A stretch of DNA of 64,000 nucleotides from Pseudomonadota bacterium (GCA_046046245.1 JBJOKE010000011.1:50919-114918), one strand, 5' to 3'; numbered from the stretch's first letter, positions 1-9,413 are shown. Program-made: numbers and translations. The notes: generated from the letters alone by a model not told the origin.

Positions 1-43
1 CGTGCGGCCCTGGGCTGAGCGCGACCGAGAGGAGCACGGAACG

Positions 44-724
44 ATGCGCGTACTGGTGATCGAGGACGACCCGGTGATCGGTGCCAATGTCTGCGACTAC
101 CTGCAGACCACCGGCATGGACACGCGCTACGCCCCTGACGGGATTGTCGGGCTGGAGCTCGCGCAGCGCGAGCGACCGGACGTCGTGGTGCTCGACCTGA
201 ACCTGCCCGGCATCGACGGCATCGACTGGTGCCGTCGGCTGCGGGCGGGCCCGCTCGGCGGCACGCCGGTGCTGATGCTGACCGCGCGCGACTCGCTCGA
301 CAGCAAGCGTGCCGGCTTCGCGGCCGGGGCCGACGACTACCTGGTCAAGCCTTTCCTTCTCGACGAGCTGGCGATGCGGCTGCGCGCGCTGGCGAGGCGG
401 GCCACCGGCCGCGCGAGCGCCGCCACCACGATCGGTGCGCTGCGGCTCGAGCGCGAAGCGCGCCGCGTTCGCGTGGGGGACGTGCAGGTCCGGCTGACGC
501 CCCGTTCGTTCCAGCTGATCGACCTGCTGATGAGCGCGCCCGACAGGGTGTACCCGCGCACCGACCTCGAACGCGAGATCTGGGGCGACGACCCGCCCGG
601 CGGCGACGCGCTGCGCGCGCTGGTGGCCCAGACGCGGCGCGCCTTCGCCGAGGTGGGTGTCGATCCGATCGAGAACCTGCACGGCCATGGCTACCGCATC
701 CGGGCGCCGGACCCCCTCGCTTAG
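44..724 (+). CDS. OmpR/PhoB-family two-component response regulator
   Basis: Track ORF 2..724. Receiver domain MRVLVIEDDPVIG...DLNLPGIDG and a C-terminal winged helix (LTPRSFQLIDLL...GHGYRI). ATG at 44 has GAGGAG about 10 nt upstream. The 14 codons before it look like read-through. Confidence 0.9.
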   Translation: MRVLVIEDDPVIGANVCDYLQTTGMDTRYAPDGIVGLELAQRERPDVVVLDLNLPGIDGIDWCRRLRAGPLGGTPVLMLTARDSLDSKRAGFAAGADDYLVKPFLLDELAMRLRALARRATGRASAATTIGALRLEREARRVRVGDVQVRLTPRSFQLIDLLMSAPDRVYPRTDLEREIWGDDPPGGDALRALVAQTRRAFAEVGVDPIENLHGHGYRIRAPDPLA

Positions 725-2042
725 GCGACGGCTGATCGTCGGCATCGTCGTCACCGCCTCTTTCGCGGCGTTCGCGGAGGCGGTGCTGCTGCACGTGGTG
801 TGGTACGGCTACGAGCAGCGGCTGATCGATCGGGTGGTGCGCGAGGAGCTGCGGCGCAGCATCGAGATCCACTCGCGCGATCCGAGTCTCGCCTACCCCA
901 ATACCGAGGATCTGCGGCTCTACGTGGCGTCCGACGACGCGGCCCGGCCAGGCGATCCGCTGCCCGAGCACCTGGAGGCACTGCGCGACGCGCCAGCCGA
1001 GGCCGGCGGCGTCGCGCTTCGCTCGGTTCGCAGTGCCGACGGCGTCGACTTCCGGGTGGGCATCACCCGGCACGACAGTCAGACCTTCCTGCTGGTCTAC
1101 GACGCCCGCGATCACGAGCAGCGCCGGATCGACCTGCTGTGGGCGGTGCTCGCGATCGCGCTGATGCTGACGCTCGCCGCGTCCCGGCTCGCGCTCGAGG
1201 TGGTCGATCGGCTGCTCGCCGGCCTCGGCCGGCTGCAGCGACGGATTTCCGACGGGGCTGGCGGGGCGCCGTTCCGGGACGACCGGATGGACGTCGAGGT
1301 CGCCGCGCTCGCCGACGCGCTCGACGACCAGCGCCGTCAGGTCGTGACCGCGCTTCGCAAGGAGCGGGCCTTCGCCGCCGCGGCGAGCCATGAGCTGCGC
1401 ACGCCGCTGACGCGGATCGCCACCGGTACCGAGGTGCTGATCGCCCGCAGCGACCTGCCCGACCCGGTGGTCGGGCGGTTGCGCTCGATCCGCGAGTCCG
1501 CAGACGAACTGCAGCGCCTGCTCGACGTGCTCCTCGAGGTCGCCCGCTGGCAGCCGAGCGGCGCAGCTGCCCGGCCGCTCGCGCCGAAGGGGCCGCCGCG
1601 GCCGCTCGGTGAACTGATCGACGGCTGCGTCGCGAGGCTCGCCTCCGAGGCGCGCCTGCTCGGTACCCGCGTCGCGGTCTCGATCGGCGAGCCGCAGCGT
1701 CCGGTCGCCCACCCCGCGATGCTCGAGATCGTGCTGTCCAACCTGCTGCGCAACGCGATCCGCCACGGACGCAGCGCGCCGGTCGAGGTCACCGAGAACG
1801 AGGGGGTGATCGAGGTCGCCGATTCGGGGCCGGGCATCGACAGCAGCCAGATCGACCGGGTCTTCGACCCGTTCTGGCGGGGCGCCGGCGAACGCGAGGA
1901 GACGGGTCCTTCGGGGCTCGGGCTCGGGCTCACGATCGCCGAGCGGGTCTGCGCGGCCGCGGGCTGGACGCTGTCGATCCGCAGCGGGCCGGGGCAGGGG
2001 ACCCGCGCGAGCGTGGCGCTGGTCCGTTCGGCCGTGGCATGA
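687..2042 (+). CDS. Sensor histidine kinase (HisKA + HATPase_c), cognate to the upstream regulator
   Basis: Track ORF 657..2042. H-box SHELRTPLTRI, N box LLRNAIRH, G boxes DSGPGID and GLGLGLTIAERV. Two hydrophobic segments flank a periplasmic stretch of about 130 aa. Start is ambiguous (GTG 657 or ATG 687); both overlap the regulator stop at 722-724. Confidence 0.85.
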   Translation: MATASGRRTPSLRRRLIVGIVVTASFAAFAEAVLLHVVWYGYEQRLIDRVVREELRRSIEIHSRDPSLAYPNTEDLRLYVASDDAARPGDPLPEHLEALRDAPAEAGGVALRSVRSADGVDFRVGITRHDSQTFLLVYDARDHEQRRIDLLWAVLAIALMLTLAASRLALEVVDRLLAGLGRLQRRISDGAGGAPFRDDRMDVEVAALADALDDQRRQVVTALRKERAFAAAASHELRTPLTRIATGTEVLIARSDLPDPVVGRLRSIRESADELQRLLDVLLEVARWQPSGAAARPLAPKGPPRPLGELIDGCVARLASEARLLGTRVAVSIGEPQRPVAHPAMLEIVLSNLLRNAIRHGRSAPVEVTENEGVIEVADSGPGIDSSQIDRVFDPFWRGAGEREETGPSGLGLGLTIAERVCAAAGWTLSIRSGPGQGTRASVALVRSAVA

Positions 2043-2614
2043 GCCCGCGCGCCCCGGCCGGCCGGCCGATTCCGCCGCACGCGCTCGGCGCGCTGGCGGT
2101 GCTGATCGGGCTCGCATGGACCTTCCGCACGACGCTGGTCGGCGGGCCCTCTCTGCACTGGCTGGTCACGCCGCTCGCGCTGCACGTGCTCGGTCCGGGC
2201 CGGGCCGCGTTCGCGGTGGTCGGCGGCGCGGCTTTCGCGGCTGGCACCGGCGGCATGTCGTGGACCGCGGTGCCGGCCGCCATCGTCATCGACGGCTGGC
2301 TGCCGATCGCCGTGGCCTGGGGCTGGCTGCGGCTGGTCGAGCGTCGCCTGCCCACCCACCTGTTCGTCTACCTGTTCGCGGCGGTCTTCGCCGGTACGCT
2401 CGCGGCAACGCTCGCGGGCGGTGCGGTCGAGCGGCTGCTCCATGGCGCCACCGTCGGGCGTGCCGCCGGTGCCGACTGGTGGATCGCGCTGCTGATCCTT
2501 GCCGATGGCGAGGCAGTCGCCACGGGCATCGTCGTGACGGGACTGGCGGTCTACCGCCCCGAGTGGCTGCAGACCTTCGATCCGGACCGCTACCTGCGCC
2601 CACCGCGCGGCTGA
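2039..2614 (+). CDS. Integral membrane protein of unknown function, translationally coupled to the kinase
   Basis: Track ORF 2039..2614. Its ATG overlaps the kinase stop (ATGA). It has 5-6 hydrophobic helices (LGALAVLIGLAW, AFAVVGGAAFAAG, WLPIAVAWGWL, LFVYLFAAVFAGTLAATLAG, WWIALLILADG). I recognise no family. Confidence 0.6.
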   Translation: MSPRAPAGRPIPPHALGALAVLIGLAWTFRTTLVGGPSLHWLVTPLALHVLGPGRAAFAVVGGAAFAAGTGGMSWTAVPAAIVIDGWLPIAVAWGWLRLVERRLPTHLFVYLFAAVFAGTLAATLAGGAVERLLHGATVGRAAGADWWIALLILADGEAVATGIVVTGLAVYRPEWLQTFDPDRYLRPPRG

Positions 2615-2719
2615 GTGCGGATACACGGCGTTACGTCTGTTGCCGCAGGCCCGCGCCGGGTGAGGCGGGCCGTCGGTAGCCTGGGTCCACCGTCACCCGC
2701 GCCCCTCCGGAGGCCCGAC

Positions 2720-3208
2720 ATGAACACCCGCATCCTCGGCTCGATCGCTTTCATCGGCGCGCTCGCGGCAGCGCCTGCCGCCCACGCACACGGCGGCGAC
2801 GCGATCGTCGGCGCGGTGATCGGCGGCGGGGCCGGCGCGGCGATCGGCCAGGCCCTCGGCGGGCGCGACGGCGCGATCGTCGGCGGCGCGATCGGCGCGA
2901 TCACCGGGTCCGCGATCGCCTCCTCGGGGTCGCACGGCTACCACGGTGCGCGGCCGGTCCACTACTACCCGGCCCGGCCGGCCTACCTGCCGCCGCAGCC
3001 CGCGTACTACCCCGCTCAGCCGGTCTACTACCCGCCGCCGCGCATCGTCGTGGCGCCGCCGGTGTATGCGCCGCCCCCGGTCGTCTATCCGCAGACCGTG
3101 GTCGTGCCGGCGCCGGTCTACGCGCCGCCGCCGGCCGTGGTGTACCGGGCCGGCCCCGGCTGGGGCTACGGGCACCACCACGGCTGGGGCCGGCGCGACT
3201 GGCACTGA
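2720..3208 (+). CDS. Secreted glycine-zipper protein with Pro/Tyr-rich repeats and a His-rich tail
   Basis: Frame of track ORF 2615..3208. ATG at 2720 follows GGAGG (2708-2712). Signal peptide MNTRILGSIAFIGALAAAPAAHA, glycine zipper [18 protein letters not shown]...GGAIGAITGSAIA, then repeated PxxYYP/PPVYAPPP units and a GYGHHHGWGRRDWH tail. Confidence 0.65.
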   Translation: MNTRILGSIAFIGALAAAPAAHAHGGDAIVGAVIGGGAGAAIGQALGGRDGAIVGGAIGAITGSAIASSGSHGYHGARPVHYYPARPAYLPPQPAYYPAQPVYYPPPRIVVAPPVYAPPPVVYPQTVVVPAPVYAPPPAVVYRAGPGWGYGHHHGWGRRDWH

Positions 3209-3239
3209 CGCGGCGCGCGGATCCGCGATGCCGCACCGA

Positions 3240-3267
3240 GCGGGCCCGGGGGCGACTCCGGGCCCGC
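3240..3267. terminator. Bidirectional intrinsic-terminator-like hairpin between convergent genes
   Basis: Perfect 10-bp stem GCGGGCCCGG (3240-3249) / CCGGGCCCGC (3258-3267) with an 8-nt loop. It lies between the stop at 3208 (+) and the stop at 3275 (-). There is no clear U-tract. Confidence 0.5.
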
Positions 3268-3274
3268 GTCGCAT

Positions 3275-3652
3275 TCAGGCCGACGGGATGAAGTCCGGGT
3301 CGTCCTGATGCTTGCGCTCGAACTTCAGGAAGTCGTAGTAGCCGCACTTCGACCCGTTCGGGTAGTCCCGGCACACCGCGGGCCGGGCCTCGTAGATCGT
3401 GCAGCGGCGCACGTCCGTGTCGAAGAACCGACAGATCGATCCGTAGACCGTGTCCTTGCGGTGCTTCAGGATCCGTTCGCCGGGCTCGTACCACCTCGTG
3501 AAGCGCTTCTCGGCCTCGGCGGGCTCGAGCCCGAAGTGCTTCGCGAGCCGCTTGAGGTCGCGGTCCTTGACCTCGATCCGCGGATAGCTGCAGCAGTAGC
3601 CCGGGCACTTCGAGCAGTCGTAGCGGACGATCGGGATGGTCTTTCGGGTCAT
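3275..3652 (-). CDS. YkgJ-family (UPF0153) cysteine-cluster protein
   Basis: C-terminal 125 aa of track ORF 3275..6400, starting at MTRKTIPIVRYDCSKCPGYCCSY (CxxCxxCC motif) with further Cys residues (ICRFF, RRCTIY, VCRDYP). The ATG is the CAT at 3650-3652. The rest of the 1041-aa ORF is Arg/Ala-rich out-of-frame read-through. Confidence 0.8.
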   Translation of the reverse strand: MTRKTIPIVRYDCSKCPGYCCSYPRIEVKDRDLKRLAKHFGLEPAEAEKRFTRWYEPGERILKHRKDTVYGSICRFFDTDVRRCTIYEARPAVCRDYPNGSKCGYYDFLKFERKHQDDPDFIPSA

Positions 3653-3684
3653 GGGCGGTGTGGGCGTGGGAGGGTCGGAGGCCG

Positions 3685-4623
3685 TCAGGCCAGGCGCAGG
3701 CCGAGCAGCCAGATCACGAACGATACCGTGGCCGCGGCCGCGAAGGTGCCCACCACGATCGCCGAGCCGATCGCTCGCGGGTCGACGCCGTAACGTTGCG
3801 ACAGGATGAAGGTGTTGCTCGCCGTCGGCAGCGAGGCCGCGAGCACGCCGATCGCGGCGAGTGCGGGGTCGGTGCCGAGCAGCACCATCGCCACGGCGAC
3901 CAGCGCGGGGTGGAGCGCGAGCTTCGCGACGATGAGTGCGGTCACCGTGCGGTCGACGATGACCGCACGGCCTCCGAGCGAGGCGCCGATCGCGAACAGC
4001 GCGCACGGGCCGGCAGCCTGGGCGAGCAGCCGCACGAAGGATTCGGCGGGAGCGGGCAGCGCGAGGCCGGTCGCCGCAGCGGCGAAGCCGGCGACGATGC
4101 CCAGGATCAGCGGTGTGCGCAGCAGCCCGCCGAGCGCCTGACGCAGCCGCCGCGCGAGCGGCACGTCCGCGCCGGGGCCGCCGCGCCCGAACTCGAAGAG
4201 CACGATCGACAGCACGATCAGCACGCAGATGTCGGCCATCATCGCCATCACCATGCCGGGCAGGCGTCGGTCGTCGCCGAGCTGCGCGAGCAGCGGCAGG
4301 CCGAGGTAGCCGACGTTGCCGTGCGTGGTCGAGAACGCCAGCGCCGTGCGCTCCGAGGCGCCACGCCGGCGCGCGGCCCACAGCGTGCCGGCGTAGAGCA
4401 GCAGGCCCGCGCCCAGGAAGGCGGCGAAGAAGCGCCCGTCGACGATCCGCGTGATCGGTTGTGTCGCGACCGCGCGATAGAGCATCGCGGGCAGCGCGAA
4501 CCAGAAGACGAAGGTGTTCAGGCCCTCGACGGCGCCGGCGGCGAGCAGGCCGCGGCGCGCGGCGACCCAGCCGCACAGCACGAGCGCGAAGACCGGGAGG
4601 GTGACCTCGAGTACGGTGAGCAT
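3685..4623 (-). CDS. AEC-family (auxin efflux carrier / Mem_trans) transporter
   Basis: Track ORF 3685..4623, 312 aa, about 10 TM segments. Typical N-terminus MLTVLEVTLPVFALVLCGW and C-terminal LPTASNTFILSQRYG motif. Confidence 0.85.
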   Translation of the reverse strand: MLTVLEVTLPVFALVLCGWVAARRGLLAAGAVEGLNTFVFWFALPAMLYRAVATQPITRIVDGRFFAAFLGAGLLLYAGTLWAARRRGASERTALAFSTTHGNVGYLGLPLLAQLGDDRRLPGMVMAMMADICVLIVLSIVLFEFGRGGPGADVPLARRLRQALGGLLRTPLILGIVAGFAAAATGLALPAPAESFVRLLAQAAGPCALFAIGASLGGRAVIVDRTVTALIVAKLALHPALVAVAMVLLGTDPALAAIGVLAASLPTASNTFILSQRYGVDPRAIGSAIVVGTFAAAATVSFVIWLLGLRLA

Positions 4624-4671
4624 GCGCGGCGACGCAAAGCGCGCGAGGGTACGGGCGCGCGCTCGCGCGGG

Positions 4672-6570
4672 TCAACCCGCCGTGTCGGTGCGCCGCAGCG
4701 CGTGGCGCAGGAAGCGGTCCGGCTCGAGGCGGCGCGAGAGCTCGGCCTCGAGCGGCATGGGCTCGCCGGCGAGGCGTGCGGCGACGAGCTCGGCGGCGAG
4801 CACCGACCACAGCAGACCGCGGCCGCCGAACGCGGTCGCGAGCCACAGGCCGTCCAGTGAGGGCAGCGGTGCGCGGTCGTCGCGGCGTGTGCCTGCGGCG
4901 CGCCGCGCGGCGATCGCGTCGGGATCGGGCACGGCGCCGACGAGCGGCAGGTGGTCGCGCGTCGACAGTCGCTCGCCGGCGCGGCCGGGATCGAGTCGCG
5001 GCTCGGGCGGGGGGGCGGCCAGCACCTCGGTCCAGCGCCGCCATGCGCGGGCCGCGGTGTCGTGGCCGTCGGGCAGGTCGTCGTCGGGCGTGCCCGGCGG
5101 GCCGAGCAGCAGCCGCGTCGCGTCGATCGGCACCGCGTGCCCGTCGCCCCCCACCGTGCAGCGCGGCACCGCCGCGCTCGGCAAGGTCGCGACCGTGGTC
5201 GCGCCCGCTCGGCGCTGCAGGCCGGCCGGACCGAGCAGGGCGGCCAGCGGCACCCGCGCCGGCTGCACGTCGCGTCGGATCCACAGCGGATGCGCGCCGG
5301 GCGCGAGCAGCACGACCGGTGCCTCGGCGAGCGTCGCGCCGTCGGGATCGACGGCGGCCCATCCAGCTGTCCGCCGCTCGATGCAGGCGAGCTCGACATC
5401 GGCGACGACCTGCACGCCCGACGTCGTCCACGCGGCTCGCAGCACGTCCGGATCGGCGCTGCCGGCCCTCGGCAGCCACCAGCCGCCGCGCCGCAGCGGT
5501 ATGCCGGCGCGGCGCGAGGCTTCGGCCGCGTCGACCGGCGCGACCCAGTCGCGCGGCAGCATGGCGCAGACCGCGTGGGCGCGGGCGTCGTCGGCGAGCT
5601 GGACGCGGCCGTGCGGACGGAGCACTGCGGCGATCGTGGGGTCGGTCCACGACAGCAGCGTCGCGGCGCGGGTCAGGCGCGACAGCGGCGCGTCGTCGGG
5701 CGTCAGGGACGGATGCTGGGCGAGGACCGGCTGCGACGAGCCGCGCGGCGCGCGGCCGTCGATGCGCGTCACCGACCAGCCGCGGCGCGCGAGCGCAGCC
5801 GAGGCGGCGCTGCCGGCGAGGCCGCCGCCGACCACGAGCGCACGGCGAGCGTCCGAGGTCGGTGGCGGCCCGGCAGCCGCCCCGCGACCGCGCACGCGAC
5901 GACCGCGCTGGCAGGCCTCGGAGCCGGCGGCCTCGAAGCCCAGGCCGGCCGACTCGAGCGCTCGCAGCGCGGCGGCCGTGCAGTCGGCGACGCCGGTCGG
6001 CGAGCGTGCGCCGGCGCCGGCACACGAGGCCGACGGCTGCGGCCCGACGCCCGCGAGGCCGTCGTCCGCCAGCATCGCGGCCGCCGCGCGCAGGGCGGCG
6101 GCGTCGAGCGGCGGCGCGTCGGGGTCGAGGCCGACGAGCAGTGCGTCGGCCCGCGGCACCCAGCCCGGCAGCCGTCGACGCGCATCGCCGATCGCGAGCG
6201 TCAGCACGATCCGGCCGTCGTCGATCGGCACGCGGTGGACGCCGTCGATCGCGGGCGGCCAGTGCCGCAGCAGCGCCCGCTGCGCGTCGCGGGGCACGCG
6301 CATGGTCTCGAGGCGCGCCTCGAGCAGGTCGCGCGCGAGCGGCGCCGGCAGCCATGCGGCCCAGTGCAAGTGCCCGCAGCGCGCCGGATCGACATGCCAC
6401 GCGCGGCGTGCGGCGAGCAGCGCTTCGCCCGAGCCGAAGCCGAGTTCCAGGACGACGCAGCGCTCGCGGCCCCTCCAGGCGCTCGGCAGGCCGGCCGCCG
6501 CGAGCCGCCCCTCGGACGCGCCTCGAAGCGGGTCGTCACGAGGAAAGGGCGAGGCGCCACGTGTCATCAT
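4672..6570 (-). CDS. mnmC: Bifunctional tRNA (mnm5s2U34) methyltransferase / FAD-dependent cmnm5s2U34 oxidoreductase
   Basis: Frame of track ORF 4672..6807. The N-terminal methyltransferase part (VVLELGFGSG, RIVLTLAIGDA, LVGLDPD) is followed by a DAO/FAD domain (LVVGGGLAGSAASAALARRGWSV). Likely start is one of the tandem ATGs at 6570/6567. Upstream codons are Arg-rich junk. Confidence 0.8.
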   Translation of the reverse strand: MMTRGASPFPRDDPLRGASEGRLAAAGLPSAWRGRERCVVLELGFGSGEALLAARRAWHVDPARCGHLHWAAWLPAPLARDLLEARLETMRVPRDAQRALLRHWPPAIDGVHRVPIDDGRIVLTLAIGDARRRLPGWVPRADALLVGLDPDAPPLDAAALRAAAAMLADDGLAGVGPQPSASCAGAGARSPTGVADCTAAALRALESAGLGFEAAGSEACQRGRRVRGRGAAAGPPPTSDARRALVVGGGLAGSAASAALARRGWSVTRIDGRAPRGSSQPVLAQHPSLTPDDAPLSRLTRAATLLSWTDPTIAAVLRPHGRVQLADDARAHAVCAMLPRDWVAPVDAAEASRRAGIPLRRGGWWLPRAGSADPDVLRAAWTTSGVQVVADVELACIERRTAGWAAVDPDGATLAEAPVVLLAPGAHPLWIRRDVQPARVPLAALLGPAGLQRRAGATTVATLPSAAVPRCTVGGDGHAVPIDATRLLLGPPGTPDDDLPDGHDTAARAWRRWTEVLAAPPPEPRLDPGRAGERLSTRDHLPLVGAVPDPDAIAARRAAGTRRDDRAPLPSLDGLWLATAFGGRGLLWSVLAAELVAARLAGEPMPLEAELSRRLEPDRFLRHALRRTDTAG

Positions 6571-6596
6571 CCGCGGATTATCCCCGCCCCTCGACC

Positions 6597-8093
6597 TTGC
6601 CCGCCGTGTCCGCCGTTCCGTCCGCCCATCCCGTTCCCCGCGATCCGTCCGCGCGTGCCCGCGCGCTGCGCGACGCCGACAGCTGGTTCGACGCCGGCGG
6701 CTTGTTCGCCGAGCTCGCCCGTCGCGTCGCCATGCCCACCGAGAGCCAGGACCCCACGCGCGCGTCGGTCCTCGACGCCTACCTCGCCGACGAGATCGAG
6801 CCGGCACTCGTCGCGCTCGGCTTCGAGTGCGAGCGGGTGTCCAACCCGTCCGGACGAGGCGGTCCGATGCTGATCGCCCGGCGGATCGAGGATCCGTCGC
6901 GGCCGACGGTGCTCGGCTACGGGCACGGCGACGTGATCCGCGGCCTGGCGGGCCAGTGGCGCGCGGGGCGCGATCCCTGGACGCTGCAGGTCGACGGCGA
7001 GCGCTGGTACGGCCGCGGAACCGCCGACAACAAGGGCCAGCACACGATCAATCTCGCGGCGCTGCGACTCGTGCTCGCGGCTCGTGCCCGGGAGCAGGGC
7101 CTGCCGCCGGAAGCGCTCGCCCGTGCACGCCTGGGCTTCAACGCGACGCTGCTGCTCGAGACCGGCGAGGAGGTGGGCTCGCCGGGCCTGCACGCGGTCT
7201 GCGACGCGCGGCGCGACGCGCTCGCGGCCGACGTGCTGATCGCCTCCGACGGACCGCGGGTCTCGCCCGCGCGGCCGACGCTGTTCCTCGGCTCCCGCGG
7301 CGCGCTCAACTTCGATCTCGTCGTCGACCTGCGCGAGGGCGCGCACCACTCCGGCAACTGGGGCGGACTGATCGCGAACCCGGGCGTGGTGCTCGCGCAC
7401 GCGCTGGCGTCGATCGTCGACGGACGCGGCGCGATCCGGGTGCCCGAGTGGCGGCCGGATTCGCTGACGCCGACCGTGCGTGATGCGCTGTCGACGCTGG
7501 CGGTCGACGGCGGCGCGGACGGGCCTGCGATCGATCCCGACTGGGGCGAACCCGGCCTCACCCCGGCCGAGCGGGTCTACGGCTGGTGCGCCTTCGAGGT
7601 GCTCGCGTTCGAGACCGGCAACCCGGCCCGCCCGGTCAACGCCATTCCGGCGCGGGCCAGGGCGACCTGCCAGCTGCGTTTCGTCGTCGGCATCGATCCC
7701 GGCGACATCGTGCCGGCGCTGCGTCGGCACCTCGAACGGCACGGGTTCGGCGAGACGGTCCGCGTCGAGGCGTCGGCGGAGGGCTACTTCCCCGCGACGC
7801 GGCTCGATCCCGATCATCCGTGGGTCCGATGGGCGAGCGCGTCGATCGACGCCAGCACCGGCGCGGCCCCGGCGATCCTTCCGAACCTCGGCGGATCGTT
7901 GCCGAACGACGCGTTCTCCGAGCGGCTGGGCCTGCCGACCGTCTGGGTGCCGCACTCGTATGCGGGCTGCTCGCAGCATGCGCCCGACGAGCACCTGCTG
8001 GCGCCGGTGGCGCGCGAGGCGCTGCGGCTGATGACGGGCCTCTACTGGGATCTGGGGGAGCCGGGCACGCCGGGGCCCGCCGCGGCGGGCTGA
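6597..8093 (+). CDS. M20/M25/M40-family metallopeptidase (dipeptidase/deacylase-like)
   Basis: C-terminal ~500 aa of track ORF 4776..8093. Motifs VLGYGHGDV, WYGRGTADNKGQ, ETGEEVGSPGL, HSGNWGG, HAPDEH. No in-frame ATG precedes the conserved region, so the start is probably TTG 6597 or GTG 6606 (uncertain). Confidence 0.8.
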   Translation: MPAVSAVPSAHPVPRDPSARARALRDADSWFDAGGLFAELARRVAMPTESQDPTRASVLDAYLADEIEPALVALGFECERVSNPSGRGGPMLIARRIEDPSRPTVLGYGHGDVIRGLAGQWRAGRDPWTLQVDGERWYGRGTADNKGQHTINLAALRLVLAARAREQGLPPEALARARLGFNATLLLETGEEVGSPGLHAVCDARRDALAADVLIASDGPRVSPARPTLFLGSRGALNFDLVVDLREGAHHSGNWGGLIANPGVVLAHALASIVDGRGAIRVPEWRPDSLTPTVRDALSTLAVDGGADGPAIDPDWGEPGLTPAERVYGWCAFEVLAFETGNPARPVNAIPARARATCQLRFVVGIDPGDIVPALRRHLERHGFGETVRVEASAEGYFPATRLDPDHPWVRWASASIDASTGAAPAILPNLGGSLPNDAFSERLGLPTVWVPHSYAGCSQHAPDEHLLAPVAREALRLMTGLYWDLGEPGTPGPAAAG

Positions 8094-8121
8094 GACGCCC
8101 GCGTCGAGCGCCGTCCATGCC

Positions 8122-9411
8122 TCAGTCCAGCGCGAGCGCGAACTGTACGCTGGTGTCGCGCGGGGTCGCGTCGGGGCGCTGCAGACCGCTGGCGCGCACG
8201 CCGAGCAGCCGGATCGGCCGCGTCAGGTCGACCCGCTTCAGGCAACGGCCGGCGGCCCTGCGGATCGCGGCCGCGTCGGCGATCGGCTCGGCGAGCGTCT
8301 GGTCGCGGGTGACCGTCCGGAAGTCGACGAAACGCAGCTTGACGCCGACCGTGCGGCAGGCGTAGCCCTTGCGCTCGAGGTCTGCCGCGAGCTGCTCGCA
8401 CAGCCGGGTGAACACCGCACCGAGCTCGTCCCGGTCGCGGACCGCGTGAAGGTCGCGCTCGAAGGTGGTCTCGCGACTCACCGAGACGGGCTCGCGGCGG
8501 GTCTCGAGCGGCCGATCGTCGCGGCCGTGCGAGACGCGGTGCAGCCAGGCCCCGTAGCTGCGACCGAAGCGCTCGACCAGCCAGGCCTCGTCGCGGGCGG
8601 CGATCTCGCCGACCGTCGTGATGCCGAGCGACGCGAGCCGGGCCGCGGCCTTCGGTCCGATGCCGTTGACCTTGCGGGCCGGCATCGGCCAGATCCGGTC
8701 GGGCACGTCGTCCATCGTCAGCACGGTCACGCCGTCGGGCTTGTGCATGTCCGACGACAGCTTGGCGAGCAGCTTGTTCGGCGCGATGCCGACCGAACAG
8801 GTGAGGCCGGTCGCCGCCAGCACCGCCGCCTTGATCCGCAGCGCGATCTCGGCCGACGGCAGCGCGATCGACGTGACGTCGGCATAGACCTCGTCGATGC
8901 CGACATCCTGGACCTCGGGCGCGATCGAGCGGACCGCCTCCTTGAAGCGTCGCGAGAAGCGGCGGTAGAGCTCGAAGTCGACGGGCAGCAGCACCGCGTC
9001 GGGCGCGAGTCGCGCCGCCTTCATCGTCGGCATCGCCGAGTGCACGCCGAGGGCCCGGGCCTCGTAGGTCGCGGTCGTCAGCACGCCGCGGCCCGCGTAG
9101 TCGCGCAGGCGCGCGAACGCGCGGGTGCCGTCGGGGCCGACTTGCGGCGCGTGGGTCCGCCGTCCGGCGACCACCATCGGCAGGCCGCGCAGCTCCGGAT
9201 AGCGCGACAGCTCGCAGGACGCGAAGAAGGCGTCCATGTCGATGTGCGCGATGCGCCGGTCTGCTGCCGGTGCGGCGGGCTCGGTGCCGACACCGGTGAG
9301 GCGCGGCAGCCGGCCGCCGGGCGGGGCGTCGGAGCCGCGCGGGGTGGGCGGCGGGTAAGGGGCGGTCAAGATGCGGCACACTCCGGGCGGGTACACCTTA
9401 GCAGAGGACAC
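8122..9411 (-). CDS. dinB: DNA polymerase IV (Y-family)
   Basis: Track ORF 8122..9411. Motifs IAHIDMDAFFASCE, GVLTTATYEARALGVHSAMP, SIDEVYADVT, LTCSVGIAPNKLLAKLSSD, GIGPKAAARL. The first conserved residue is about 50 codons after the called GTG start. The only in-frame alternatives are GTG/TTG within the first 15 codons, so the 5' end is uncertain. Confidence 0.85.
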   Translation of the reverse strand: MSSAKVYPPGVCRILTAPYPPPTPRGSDAPPGGRLPRLTGVGTEPAAPAADRRIAHIDMDAFFASCELSRYPELRGLPMVVAGRRTHAPQVGPDGTRAFARLRDYAGRGVLTTATYEARALGVHSAMPTMKAARLAPDAVLLPVDFELYRRFSRRFKEAVRSIAPEVQDVGIDEVYADVTSIALPSAEIALRIKAAVLAATGLTCSVGIAPNKLLAKLSSDMHKPDGVTVLTMDDVPDRIWPMPARKVNGIGPKAAARLASLGITTVGEIAARDEAWLVERFGRSYGAWLHRVSHGRDDRPLETRREPVSVSRETTFERDLHAVRDRDELGAVFTRLCEQLAADLERKGYACRTVGVKLRFVDFRTVTRDQTLAEPIADAAAIRRAAGRCLKRVDLTRPIRLLGVRASGLQRPDATPRDTSVQFALALD

Positions 9412-9413
9412 CG

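Noticed and set aside
3653-6400. Upstream 900+ codons of the 1041-aa minus-strand ORF 3275..6400
   Set aside because: The translation is monotonous Arg/Ala/Pro/Gly with no recognisable domain. It lies antisense to or out of frame with the clearly real AEC transporter and mnmC genes. Only the last 125 codons (the YkgJ-like part) look genuine. This is typical GC-driven open frame.
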